Shown here piece after piece: positions 8,980 to 17,978 of a stretch of 43,238 nucleotides of DNA. Both the position numbers and the translations under genes were made by a program. Position 1 is the stretch's first letter. The number at the start of each line of letters is the position of its first letter. The DNA lies in contig JBBCKI010000069.1 of NCBI GenBank assembly GCA_037190965.1, positions 1 to 43,238 on the forward strand. The letters run 5' to 3'. Under the pieces are notes generated by a model, which saw nothing but the letters and a program-made list of their open reading frames with translations, was not told the DNA's origin and made no database searches. Source of the stretch: Chthoniobacteraceae bacterium (GTDB lineage: Bacteria > Verrucomicrobiota > Verrucomicrobiia > Chthoniobacterales > Chthoniobacteraceae).

Positions 8980-11811
8980 ATGAAACCGCTAATAAGAAAA
9001 GCTCTCACTCTCATTACGATATTCTTCAGTCTATTGATACTCGGCGCGCATGCTGCGCCCCAACCGGCGTTCCCTGGTGCCCAGGGCTACGGTGCCGCCT
9101 CGCTTGGCGGGCGGGGAGGCCGGGTCATCGAGGTAACCAATCTAAATGACAGCGGCGCCGGCAGCTTCCGGGAAGCCTGTCTAGCCACCGGGCCAAGGAC
9201 GGTCGTCTTCCGCGTTGGCGGAACGATTAACCTGAAGAGCAGGATCACGATCAACTCGGCCAATTCCTATCTTACCATCGCTGGACAAACCGCGCCGGGA
9301 GATGGGATCCAGCTCACCGGCTGGGATGTCTTCATCAACTCTGCGCACGATATAGTAATTCGCTATATTCGCTTCCGCCCCAGTGAAACAAGCCCCAACG
9401 ATTGGAGGAAGAGCAGCCTCGAACTCTACGGCAGCAGCACCTCGAACGCTTGTTACAATATCATCATCGATCACTGCTCCCTATACTGGGGGCCTGACGA
9501 GACCGCGAGCTGCTGGGATTACGTTCGCGACGTAACCTGGCAATGGTGCATTACCGAAGGGATGGAGCACAACTACTCGGGTGTGCAGAATGAAAACAGC
9601 AAAGGATACCTCATCGCAACCGATGAAGGAAACGGGTCGCGGATGAAGAACATTTCGATCCATCACAGTTACATGGCAAACTCCGCGCAGCGCAACCCGC
9701 TGCTGGGCTCCGACGGTCCTCACGAGATCGTCAATAACGTTATCTACAACTGGAGGGATTTCGGCACGAACATTCAAAACCGCGGCAACGGTACGGCCGT
9801 TAACCTGATCGGCAATTACTACAAGCGGGGCCCCATCTCCAGCTCCAGCCGTTACGCAGTCGGGATGGATGGCAAGGCCAATCCCAGCAACTACGTTTAC
9901 GTAAAAGACAATATCGGGCCGTTCCGCCCCAACTCCTCCTATGATGAATGGGCCATCGTCGGCTCGGGATACGGGGGCGGCAATGGCTACTGGACGACCG
10001 CCGCACCGAAATCGTATCAACGCACGACTCCCTGGCCCTCTGCGCCGATCCCCATCACGGTCCATTCGTCCAGCGAGGTTGTCGCCAAGGTGCTCGCGGA
10101 AGTGGGAGCTTCCCTGCCACGGCGCGATTCGCTCGACCAGGCAACCATCAACCATTTCAACAACGGCACGGGCGGTATTCGTCTGGCAACCTCCCAAACC
10201 TCCAGCTGGTGGCCTACCCTAAACTCGGGCACCCCTCCGACCGACACCGATAAGGACGGCATTCCCGATTCGTGGGAAACCCGCTACGGCCTGAATCCGA
10301 ACAACGCAGCAGACGGAGCGAGGCTTTCTTCCAGCGGAAGCGGCTATACCAACCTCGAAGAATATCTGAACGGAATGACTCCGACGACGCCGACTCCAAC
10401 ACCTACTCCGACTCCGAAACCGACACCCACCCCGACTCCAACACCTACTCCGACGCCGAAACCGACACCCACTCCGACTCCAACGCCTACTCCAACGCCT
10501 ACTCCAACGCCACAACCCACCCCTGGTCCGGATGAAGCCTTGCCGGTATTCCCCAATGCACAAGGATTCGGCGTTGAGACCATGGGAGGAGCGGGCGGGC
10601 GGGTCGTTGAGGTGACTAACCTCAATGACAGCGGTGCAGGCAGCTTCCGAGCCGCGTGCCTCGCTACCGGGCCCCGGATCATTGTCTTCCGGATCGGAGG
10701 GACGATCACACTCTCGACCCCGATCGAGATGAACAAATCTCACTCAAAAGTGACCATCGCGGGCCAGACGGCCCCGGGCAACGGCATTCTCCTGAAGGGC
10801 TCAGGCCTGAGACTCTCTGGAGCCAGAGATGTCGCGGTTCAGCACCTCCGCATCTATCCAGGCAAGACCACCAACGGCTACGGCATCCTGATCTCGGGAA
10901 ATTCTGCCGATGACAAGGCGAGCAATATCGTCATCGACCATTGCTCGATTCATTGGCCCGTCGGGCCTGCGGTGATGCTTTATGGCTATGTTGAAAATGC
11001 CACCTTCCAGTGGTGCCTCCTTAACGGGCTGGCCTCCGGCAAGGGATTGGAAGCAGCGACCGACTCCGGCAAGGGGTCACAACTGAAAAACATCACACTT
11101 CGCAACTCGGCGATCGCCCATTGCGTTCAGGCAAGCCCGTCCCTGTTTGCCGACGGTCCCTTCCACGTAGTCAACAATGTGATCTACGATTGGAAGAACT
11201 TCGGCACGGCAATTCAGAACTTCGGAACCGGAACGCGTGTGAACCTCATCGGAAACCAATACCTTACCGGGCCCACCACCAACAAAAGCCGTTATGCGGT
11301 GGCCCTGGAAAAGACGATGAATCCCAACGGCTTCATCTATGTTTCCGACAACATCGGTCCGTTCCGGCCTAGCACCGGCTATGCGGAGTGGGCGATCGTC
11401 GGATCAGGCTACGATACCAGCGGAAACAACTATTGGACAATCCCTGCATCGGCTTCGCTCCGGAGGACTTCTCCCTGGCCGGATTCCCCGGTGCCCGTTA
11501 CCGCAATAGCATCATCTAAGACGGTATCCACCGTTCTCAACGCTGTGGGCGCAACCCGGCCGAAGCGCAGTTCCGTAGATTCGAACCTGATCACGGAGAT
11601 CAATAAAAAGAAGAGCTCCATGAGCCAATCCAAGCTGTCGGACCTTTCAAAATCAACGAAGGCTGAAACCGACACGGATAAGGACGGAATGCCTGATTCC
11701 TGGGAAAAGAACCAAGGCCTCAATCCAAAGAACGCCTCGGACGCAAACCTCCCGCACAAGAACGGCAACGGCTACACGAACCTCGAAGAATATCTGAACC
11801 CAAGTAAATAG
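8980..11811 (+). CDS. Secreted tandem-domain polysaccharide lyase family 1-like (pectate lyase fold) protein with Pro/Thr linker
   Basis: Sec signal MKPLIRK...GAHA. Two homologous domains, each starting FPxAQG(Y/F)G...GGxGGRVxEVTNLNDSGAGSFR...IAGQTAPG, containing (I/V)IDHCS and ending DTDKDGxPDSWE...GYTNLEEYLN. Confidence 0.88.
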   Translation: MKPLIRKALTLITIFFSLLILGAHAAPQPAFPGAQGYGAASLGGRGGRVIEVTNLNDSGAGSFREACLATGPRTVVFRVGGTINLKSRITINSANSYLTIAGQTAPGDGIQLTGWDVFINSAHDIVIRYIRFRPSETSPNDWRKSSLELYGSSTSNACYNIIIDHCSLYWGPDETASCWDYVRDVTWQWCITEGMEHNYSGVQNENSKGYLIATDEGNGSRMKNISIHHSYMANSAQRNPLLGSDGPHEIVNNVIYNWRDFGTNIQNRGNGTAVNLIGNYYKRGPISSSSRYAVGMDGKANPSNYVYVKDNIGPFRPNSSYDEWAIVGSGYGGGNGYWTTAAPKSYQRTTPWPSAPIPITVHSSSEVVAKVLAEVGASLPRRDSLDQATINHFNNGTGGIRLATSQTSSWWPTLNSGTPPTDTDKDGIPDSWETRYGLNPNNAADGARLSSSGSGYTNLEEYLNGMTPTTPTPTPTPTPKPTPTPTPTPTPTPKPTPTPTPTPTPTPTPTPQPTPGPDEALPVFPNAQGFGVETMGGAGGRVVEVTNLNDSGAGSFRAACLATGPRIIVFRIGGTITLSTPIEMNKSHSKVTIAGQTAPGNGILLKGSGLRLSGARDVAVQHLRIYPGKTTNGYGILISGNSADDKASNIVIDHCSIHWPVGPAVMLYGYVENATFQWCLLNGLASGKGLEAATDSGKGSQLKNITLRNSAIAHCVQASPSLFADGPFHVVNNVIYDWKNFGTAIQNFGTGTRVNLIGNQYLTGPTTNKSRYAVALEKTMNPNGFIYVSDNIGPFRPSTGYAEWAIVGSGYDTSGNNYWTIPASASLRRTSPWPDSPVPVTAIASSKTVSTVLNAVGATRPKRSSVDSNLITEINKKKSSMSQSKLSDLSKSTKAETDTDKDGMPDSWEKNQGLNPKNASDANLPHKNGNGYTNLEEYLNPSK
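10378..10524 (+). repeat. Coding Pro-Thr tandem repeat (inter-domain linker)
   Basis: (ACN CCN)n, with a near-identical 42-nt unit at 10390-10431 and 10432-10473, then 12-nt units. Confidence 0.9.
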
Positions 11812-11830
11812 CCTAACCAGGTCACTTATG

Positions 11831-11859
11831 GAGGGCGCCCCGACCGGGCGCCCTCTTTT
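11831..11859. terminator. Intrinsic terminator between the convergent lyase and DegT genes
   Basis: GAGGGCGCCC-cgacc-GGGCGCCCTC followed by TTTT. Confidence 0.8.
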
Positions 11860-12986
11860 CATTTACCGCACATGCCCCGAACTACGCGGCAGATTTCGTC
11901 CAACTCTGCGTCCGCAAGCGACGATCCACTCGGCAGACAGAGCCCTCTAGCGAATATTTTTTCCGCCACTGCCCCCCCTCGCACCCTGCAACCTGCGAAC
12001 ACCGGTTGCAGGTGCAACGGCTTCCACGCGGGACGAGATTCCATTCGTTCCGCCTCAAGCGCCAGACGGACATCTTCCCTGGAAGCTCCAAACGCCTCCG
12101 GATCAATGGTGATACAGCTCATCCAGTAATTAGGCTCGCCATTGCAATCCCAGGGAATCCAACCGATGCCGGGCAACTCGGCTAGCGCAGCCTGGTAGGC
12201 GCGAAAATTCCGCTTTCGCGCGCCAATATGTCTATCCAAAACTCGAAGCTGCCCGCGGCCGATCGCCGCGAGCACATTGCTCATGCGATAGTTGTAGCCG
12301 ATCACCGAGTGCTGATAATAGGGCTGCGGATCACGCGCCTGGGCAGCCAAGTGCCTGGCCCTTCGGATCAACGATGCATCGCCAGACACCAGCATCCCCC
12401 CGCCGGACGTCGTGATGATCTTGTTTCCATTGAAGGAGAAAACTCCACAACTGCCAAACTGCCCGGCGGCCTTCCCATGGCGAACGGCCCCAAGCGCTTC
12501 TGCCGCATCCTCGATCACGGGCACCCCGTATTCCGCACAGATGGGCAAGATGCGATCATAGTCGGCACATTGACCGTAGAGATCAACGCAAACCAGAGCG
12601 CGTGGAAGTTTTCCCCGGGAGGCGCACTCCTCCAGTTCCTCGGCCAGCAACGCCGGATCGAGATTCCAGCTTTTCTCCTCCGAATCGATAAACACCGGCG
12701 TGGCCCCTTCATAGACAATAGGGTTCGCACTGGCACAGAACGTCAGCGTAGGGCATAGCACTTCATCCCCGGGGCCGATCCCGAGTAGACGAAGGGCAAG
12801 ATGAATCGCCGCCGTTCCGGAGGAAAGCGCCAGTGCGTGCAGCCCTCCAAGCCTCTCGCCGACCTCCTTCTCAAACGCGTCAACCTGCGGCCCCAGCGGG
12901 GCGATCCAGTTGGATGCAAATGCCTCGGCGACAAAGCGGGCCTCTTCTCCTTCCAAGTGAGGTGGGGATAGATAAATCGGCTTCAT
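11859..12986 (-). CDS. DegT/DnrJ/EryC1/StrS PLP aminotransferase (PglE/EpsN-like)
   Basis: IYLSPPHL, SNWIAPLGP, SSGTAAIHLAL, IEDAAEALG, SFNGNKIITTSGGG (PLP Lys), GYNYRMSN, GLCLPSGS. Confidence 0.93.
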   Translation of the reverse strand: MKPIYLSPPHLEGEEARFVAEAFASNWIAPLGPQVDAFEKEVGERLGGLHALALSSGTAAIHLALRLLGIGPGDEVLCPTLTFCASANPIVYEGATPVFIDSEEKSWNLDPALLAEELEECASRGKLPRALVCVDLYGQCADYDRILPICAEYGVPVIEDAAEALGAVRHGKAAGQFGSCGVFSFNGNKIITTSGGGMLVSGDASLIRRARHLAAQARDPQPYYQHSVIGYNYRMSNVLAAIGRGQLRVLDRHIGARKRNFRAYQAALAELPGIGWIPWDCNGEPNYWMSCITIDPEAFGASREDVRLALEAERMESRPAWKPLHLQPVFAGCRVRGGAVAEKIFARGLCLPSGSSLADAELDEICRVVRGMCGK

Positions 12987-13762
12987 GGTTTTGGAACTGC
13001 ATCAAATGGCTTTCTCGCGGCGATAAAAAGCATCCCTCCAAACTCAAATTGAAAACAACTTTCTGTCAGCATCTTCTCACTGGCGACGTCCACAATCGAG
13101 AAGCCAACCGCCTGCACCTCCTCCTCGATTTCATTCTTTCGATACCAGTAAATGTATGGCTGTCGCTTGAAGAGAATCATAAAATTTGGCCCCGACCTCC
13201 ACTTCAACCAGCACAGATATTGTCTACTGAGACGCATCCAGTCTCCTTTCAGAATCTTCAACGGCCCAATTAATGCGGCTATAAACGGGTTATACCATCG
13301 TCCCTCCCAACTCATCACGCTCATGAGAATAAGCCCACCGGGGGCAAGCACCCTGTAAGCCTCTCTTAAAGCGGCCTTTCGTTCATTCTGTCCCTCGAGG
13401 AAGCAGTAGATCTGCTGACATGCAATAACGACATCCTTGGATTGGTCGCAGAACTTCAAAGCTGTCGCGCTTTGGATCGAAAAATCGATATCGCAGTCTA
13501 CCGCGAGTTCCTTCTTCCTATTGCGCGCTACATCAAGGAGCCGCTCGCTTAGGTCAATCCCGCTAAAGTTGCAAAAGCCATAGGACGCAAGATTGAAGAT
13601 GAAACGGCCACAGCCCGTCCCTATATCAAGAATACGCGCACTTTTTGGAATCTCATCCAGATGTCTCTCGAAGAATAGAGTTTCTTCGTGATGAAGGCCA
13701 TCGCGGCGCGACCATTCTTTGAACTTTTCTCCATCGAACAGTTGATAGTTTTGCAGCGCCAT
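12983..13762 (-). CDS. Class I SAM-dependent methyltransferase
   Basis: ILDIGTGCGR motif I, GIDLS, EAYRVLAPGG. Start placed at MALQNY (13762). AT-richer than neighbours. Confidence 0.85.
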   Translation of the reverse strand: MALQNYQLFDGEKFKEWSRRDGLHHEETLFFERHLDEIPKSARILDIGTGCGRFIFNLASYGFCNFSGIDLSERLLDVARNRKKELAVDCDIDFSIQSATALKFCDQSKDVVIACQQIYCFLEGQNERKAALREAYRVLAPGGLILMSVMSWEGRWYNPFIAALIGPLKILKGDWMRLSRQYLCWLKWRSGPNFMILFKRQPYIYWYRKNEIEEEVQAVGFSIVDVASEKMLTESCFQFEFGGMLFIAARKPFDAVPKP

Positions 13763-13781
13763 ATGGGTGCCATGGTTTCGA

Positions 13782-14885
13782 TTAACGGCCCCCCAAAAGG
13801 GGCGGTTCCAACCGGCCACGGGCGCGGTAGGCCGGAAAATAATCCGATTCCCCCGTCATAAGACCGTTATACGCGTCTCGCACGGCTTTGTAGGCACAGC
13901 TTGCCTGATAAACGCCCGGATTCAGGATCCATCGCCAAACCGCAAACAAGGGCCTCCAGTCGGAAAAGGCAGTCTTGAAATAGAAAAGCGAATCCTCCCT
14001 TCCTCCAACGCCGCCGCCGAGGTGCAACATAGAGCATCCCCTCCCAGTGGCCCATAGCCGAACTTCGTCCACAAGCAACTTTGCCGGAGCATTTTGAAGA
14101 TAGGCATCCAATGTCCCGCCGAGGTGGTACTCGATAATGCCATCGTGCTCGAAGAATAGGCCGCCTGACACCGGAATTCCATCGTAATAGACAAAGAAGA
14201 GATGTGTCTTCTCAGGGGATTCATCGCATAAGCTACCAAAATAGGCATCGTCAAAGAAATACATCTCCTTTGCGCCCGTGCGTCTCATGGTTTCGATATA
14301 AAGCCCAATGAAGGCTTCAAGATTCTCCTTCGCGACGTCGTGAACAACGGTAAAACCGCTCTGACGCAACCTCCTGATTATTCGCCGGTCACTCGACCGA
14401 ACCTTTCCCGCCTGTTGATCGAGCTGCAGGGTGAGATCAACGGAAACGGTACGCCCACAGGGATGCTTCTCTCCAAGGCCCTCGATCAACCGTTCGTCCG
14501 AAATCAAGGGGTGCAATCTCGAGAACAGCGCTATAACTCCCCTCTCATAGAGACTCTTTTCCAATGCCCTCTGAAAGTTATTAATAACGGATGCCGGAAG
14601 GTTATCGTGGGAAGCCACCGGCCCGGCATAACCGTAGACGGATGTGGCATCCCACCAACCCTTTCCCAACTCCCCGAATCCGGGGAGCTCATCAAGCGGG
14701 CGAAGCAGTAGAGGAAGGGCGACCATCCACCCCCCTTCTCTATAAACCCACAAATGCGCCAAGCCCTCCCCCCGCTTCTCCGAATGAGCATGATAGGCAT
14801 GCGTGTGATAAAAGTCGCTCCGCCGGGATTGCCCAATAATGCAATCCCACTCACTAGTCTGCTCGATGGTAAGCACCTCAATCAT
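13782..14885 (-). CDS. GNAT/FemAB-like acyltransferase (EPS-associated)
   Basis: DATSVYGYAGP, FSRLHPL, LYIETMRR...MYFF, YHLGGT, LHLGGGVG...DSLFYFKTAFS, typical of FemAB-like proteins in polysaccharide loci. Confidence 0.8.
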   Translation of the reverse strand: MIEVLTIEQTSEWDCIIGQSRRSDFYHTHAYHAHSEKRGEGLAHLWVYREGGWMVALPLLLRPLDELPGFGELGKGWWDATSVYGYAGPVASHDNLPASVINNFQRALEKSLYERGVIALFSRLHPLISDERLIEGLGEKHPCGRTVSVDLTLQLDQQAGKVRSSDRRIIRRLRQSGFTVVHDVAKENLEAFIGLYIETMRRTGAKEMYFFDDAYFGSLCDESPEKTHLFFVYYDGIPVSGGLFFEHDGIIEYHLGGTLDAYLQNAPAKLLVDEVRLWATGRGCSMLHLGGGVGGREDSLFYFKTAFSDWRPLFAVWRWILNPGVYQASCAYKAVRDAYNGLMTGESDYFPAYRARGRLEPPLLGGR

Positions 14886-14901
14886 CTTCAGCCCAATCGT
14901 T

Positions 14902-16107
14902 TTACACCGGCACCACGGCCCTATCGCTTCTCAACAGCTTCAGGTATTCGCTTTTGACGGTTTGAAATACCGCCTTTTCGTCAAAGCGCTCTGCGGCAAT
15001 GCATCGCGCCTCACTGCTCATTCTTGCGAAAAGTCCGGGCTCGCTAAGAATCCGATCAACCGCCCCAGTCAAAGCCTTTACATCGCCCAGAGGAACGCGA
15101 AATCCGTTGCGCCCCTCCTCCACGGCTTCGCGGTTGCCCTTGACATCGGTTACCACTGAGGGAACCCCCATTGCGGACGCCTCCATCACCACTCTCGGGA
15201 GTCCCTCGAATAAGGATGGCAGGACAAGGACATTCATCGTCTTATAAAATGGCGGAAGTTCCGCATTGGGGATATGTCCCGCAAAATGGCATCGGTCGGC
15301 GATTCCAAAGTCCGCAGCCGCAGAGGGATCGACGGCATCCGGCTTTCCGTAATCCGGATCACCGATGATCAAAAACCGCACTTCGGGGTTCCCTCTTGAA
15401 AGATCGCGGGCTGCGGCAAGAAAATCGAGGAAGCCCTTTCGCCGCGCGGCAAGCCGCCCGACAAATCCAACCACCGGCGCCGACGCAGGAATCTTAAAGC
15501 GCATTCTCGTAGCCAGCACATCCTCGCCGGCGACCCGGGCGGGATCGAATTCATCAAGATCGATCCCATTCCCCAGCCTTGCAATCATCTCCGCTTTGCA
15601 AATCCTTTCACCAATGGCCGTCCGGATATCCTCTTCATTCTGCGAGAGAATCCGATGGGAGCAGCACGCCGCGATCTTCTCGATGGCTATATAGAACCGC
15701 CTCCAGGCAGGCGGCATATGGTCATGGAAGTAGAACCCATGCAGCGTATTGACGACGACCGGAACGCCCGCCATCCGTGCCGCAAGCTGCCCAAGCAGAC
15801 CCGCCTTTGGCGTATGCGTATGTACGATCGCGAACTTTTCCCTGCGAATAACCCGATAGAGATTCCAAAGGGATTCCAAGTCAGCAAGGGGAGTGAAATT
15901 CCGCGTCATCGTCACAGGAAGATGGCGAATACCCGCCCGCTCGATCGCAACGACGTGCGGACCGGGATTCGAAATCCCGGTAACGTTATAGCCTTCGTCG
16001 CAAAGGCTCTTCATCTGGTTCAGCAGCAAATAGCGGAGCGAAAGATCGACCGTGGTAATATGCGCAATCTTTAAACCCCTTCTCCGTCCAGGTAAATTCG
16101 GTGCCAT
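14902..16107 (-). CDS. Glycosyltransferase family 4 (CapM-like)
   Basis: KIAHITTV, VHTHTPKAGLLG, FVGRL..RKG, PSLFEGLPRVVMEA (EX7E). Start uncertain. Confidence 0.9.
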   Translation of the reverse strand: MAPNLPGRRRGLKIAHITTVDLSLRYLLLNQMKSLCDEGYNVTGISNPGPHVVAIERAGIRHLPVTMTRNFTPLADLESLWNLYRVIRREKFAIVHTHTPKAGLLGQLAARMAGVPVVVNTLHGFYFHDHMPPAWRRFYIAIEKIAACCSHRILSQNEEDIRTAIGERICKAEMIARLGNGIDLDEFDPARVAGEDVLATRMRFKIPASAPVVGFVGRLAARRKGFLDFLAAARDLSRGNPEVRFLIIGDPDYGKPDAVDPSAAADFGIADRCHFAGHIPNAELPPFYKTMNVLVLPSLFEGLPRVVMEASAMGVPSVVTDVKGNREAVEEGRNGFRVPLGDVKALTGAVDRILSEPGLFARMSSEARCIAAERFDEKAVFQTVKSEYLKLLRSDRAVVPV

Positions 16108-17978
16108 AGTTCAAAGTTCAAAAGCAGCCAGAGTTGGCCATCCCATACGTGACGCCCTTCGACATGCTCGCGCCAGAGCGTTTCAATTGCCTTGGTGTTG
16201 AAGTACCCCCGCCGCCGCGCGCGATCGTCCAGCAAGACGTCGAAGGCGAACGATTTCAGATCGCCGCGAAACCAGGGATCGAGCGGGACAGCAAAGCCAT
16301 GTTTGGGTTTTCGCAACACTTTAGAAGGCACCAGCCCGGAGACCGCCTTCTTGAAAATGCTTTTCGTCTCGCGCCCGCGAATCTTTAAGCGGCTGGGAAC
16401 TTGAAAGGCAAGTTCCACAAGCCTGTGGTCGAGAATCGGAAGTCTTGCTTCAAGGCTGCACGCCATGGTGGCCTTGTCCGCCTTCTCCATGTAGCCATCC
16501 GCCAGGATCATCTTGAAATCCATATACATCAACCGGTTTAGATGATCCGACGTGGCACTTTTCTTCAAACCGGAGTAATATTTACAGAAGGGCCACTCGG
16601 CATCATAGTCGCCCACGGAAGCCAGGAGACTCCCTTCGAGAAGCTGCGCTCGCATCTCCCTGGTAAACAAGGTTAACCATGCCGCGTACCGACGCGCGGG
16701 ATCCTTGATCGGCAACGTCGTCAATGTCCGTTTGATGCGTCTAAACCGGGGAAGTCTCCCGGCCAGTGCAGGAATCAACCCGGTCGTTAATCCGACGGGC
16801 AGACGCTGATAGGGCTCCGCCAACCGGTCCACGGAATATCGACGATACCCGCCAAAGAGTTCATCGCCGCCATCGCCGGAGAGCACTACCTTGACGTGCT
16901 GCCGCGCAAAGCGGCTGAGCAGGTAGAGCGGAAAACAGGCGGGATCCCCAAAGGGCTCATCATAATGATAGACCAGCTTCTGAAGCGTATCCACGAGATC
17001 AAAGTGCTCAACATTGAGTTCATAGTGCTCCGTCCCGAGCGCGGAAGCCACCCGTCTCGCGTCGGAAAGCTCATTGTAAGCGCCACCAATCCCGAACCCC
17101 AGGGAGAAGGTTTTCACAGGATGCCTCGAGTGCCGTTGCATCAATGCCACAATCGCACTCGAATCAACGCCGCCGCTGAGGAACGCGCCCACCGGGACAT
17201 CCGCGATCATTCTTCGATGCACTGAATCATTGAGCACCGAAAGGATCTCGCGCATCCAGAATGACTCGCTCTCCGACGCTCCGGGGGGTATGGGATGAGG
17301 GGCATCCCCGACGTCCCAGTACTGGGAAACCGTCACCGAGCCATTCTGCACGGTTAGCCAATGCCCTGGCAGGAGCTTGCAAATGGAATGAATCATCGTC
17401 TCCGGAGCGACTGCATGGCCGCTCGCCAGATAGTTGACCAGCCCTCGGGGATTGATGCATCGCGGCACCGATCGATCCGCCAGGATTGCCTTGATCTCCG
17501 AGGCGAAGATCAACCGCTTCTCGTCCCGGTAATAGTAAAGCGGTTTTTCCCCCACCCGGTCGCGGGCCAGAAAAAGCCGCTGTTTCCGGTCATCCCAGAT
17601 TGCGATGGCAAACATTCCGTTGAAGCGCAACAGAGAGGCGGTATCCCATTGTTCATACGCCTTCAATACCACTTCCGTATCCGTCCGGGTTCGAAAAACA
17701 TGCCCATGCGCTTCAAGTTCGGCACGCAGTTCCTTAAAATTATACAACTCACCGTTGTAGACGATGCAGCAACTCTTCGATTCGTTCCAGATTGGCTGGC
17801 GCCCGCCCGAAAGATCAATGATGCTCAATCGGCGCATCCCGAGAAACACCTTGCCGTTGAACATTGTCCCGCGTTCGTCAGGCCCGCGATGTACCAGGGT
17901 ATCAGTGCTTAACTGCCCCTGCCGATTAAGATCGCGGCTTTCACCTGAAAGGATCAGTTCCCCGTAGATTCCGCACAT
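16071..17978 (-). CDS. asnB: Asparagine synthase-like glutamine amidotransferase (polysaccharide amidation type)
   Basis: N-terminal Cys (MCGIYG), HRGPD, RRLSIIDL, NGELYN, RDRVGEKPLYY, FLSGGVDSS, LSGDGGDELFGGY, KPKHGF. Confidence 0.92.
   Translation of the reverse strand: MCGIYGELILSGESRDLNRQGQLSTDTLVHRGPDERGTMFNGKVFLGMRRLSIIDLSGGRQPIWNESKSCCIVYNGELYNFKELRAELEAHGHVFRTRTDTEVVLKAYEQWDTASLLRFNGMFAIAIWDDRKQRLFLARDRVGEKPLYYYRDEKRLIFASEIKAILADRSVPRCINPRGLVNYLASGHAVAPETMIHSICKLLPGHWLTVQNGSVTVSQYWDVGDAPHPIPPGASESESFWMREILSVLNDSVHRRMIADVPVGAFLSGGVDSSAIVALMQRHSRHPVKTFSLGFGIGGAYNELSDARRVASALGTEHYELNVEHFDLVDTLQKLVYHYDEPFGDPACFPLYLLSRFARQHVKVVLSGDGGDELFGGYRRYSVDRLAEPYQRLPVGLTTGLIPALAGRLPRFRRIKRTLTTLPIKDPARRYAAWLTLFTREMRAQLLEGSLLASVGDYDAEWPFCKYYSGLKKSATSDHLNRLMYMDFKMILADGYMEKADKATMACSLEARLPILDHRLVELAFQVPSRLKIRGRETKSIFKKAVSGLVPSKVLRKPKHGFAVPLDPWFRGDLKSFAFDVLLDDRARRRGYFNTKAIETLWREHVEGRHVWDGQLWLLLNFELWHRIYLDGEGV

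Noticed and set aside
10378..10524. Tandem repeats as a possible CRISPR array or non-coding VNTR
   Set aside because: In-frame Pro-Thr linker with no unique spacers and no cas genes.
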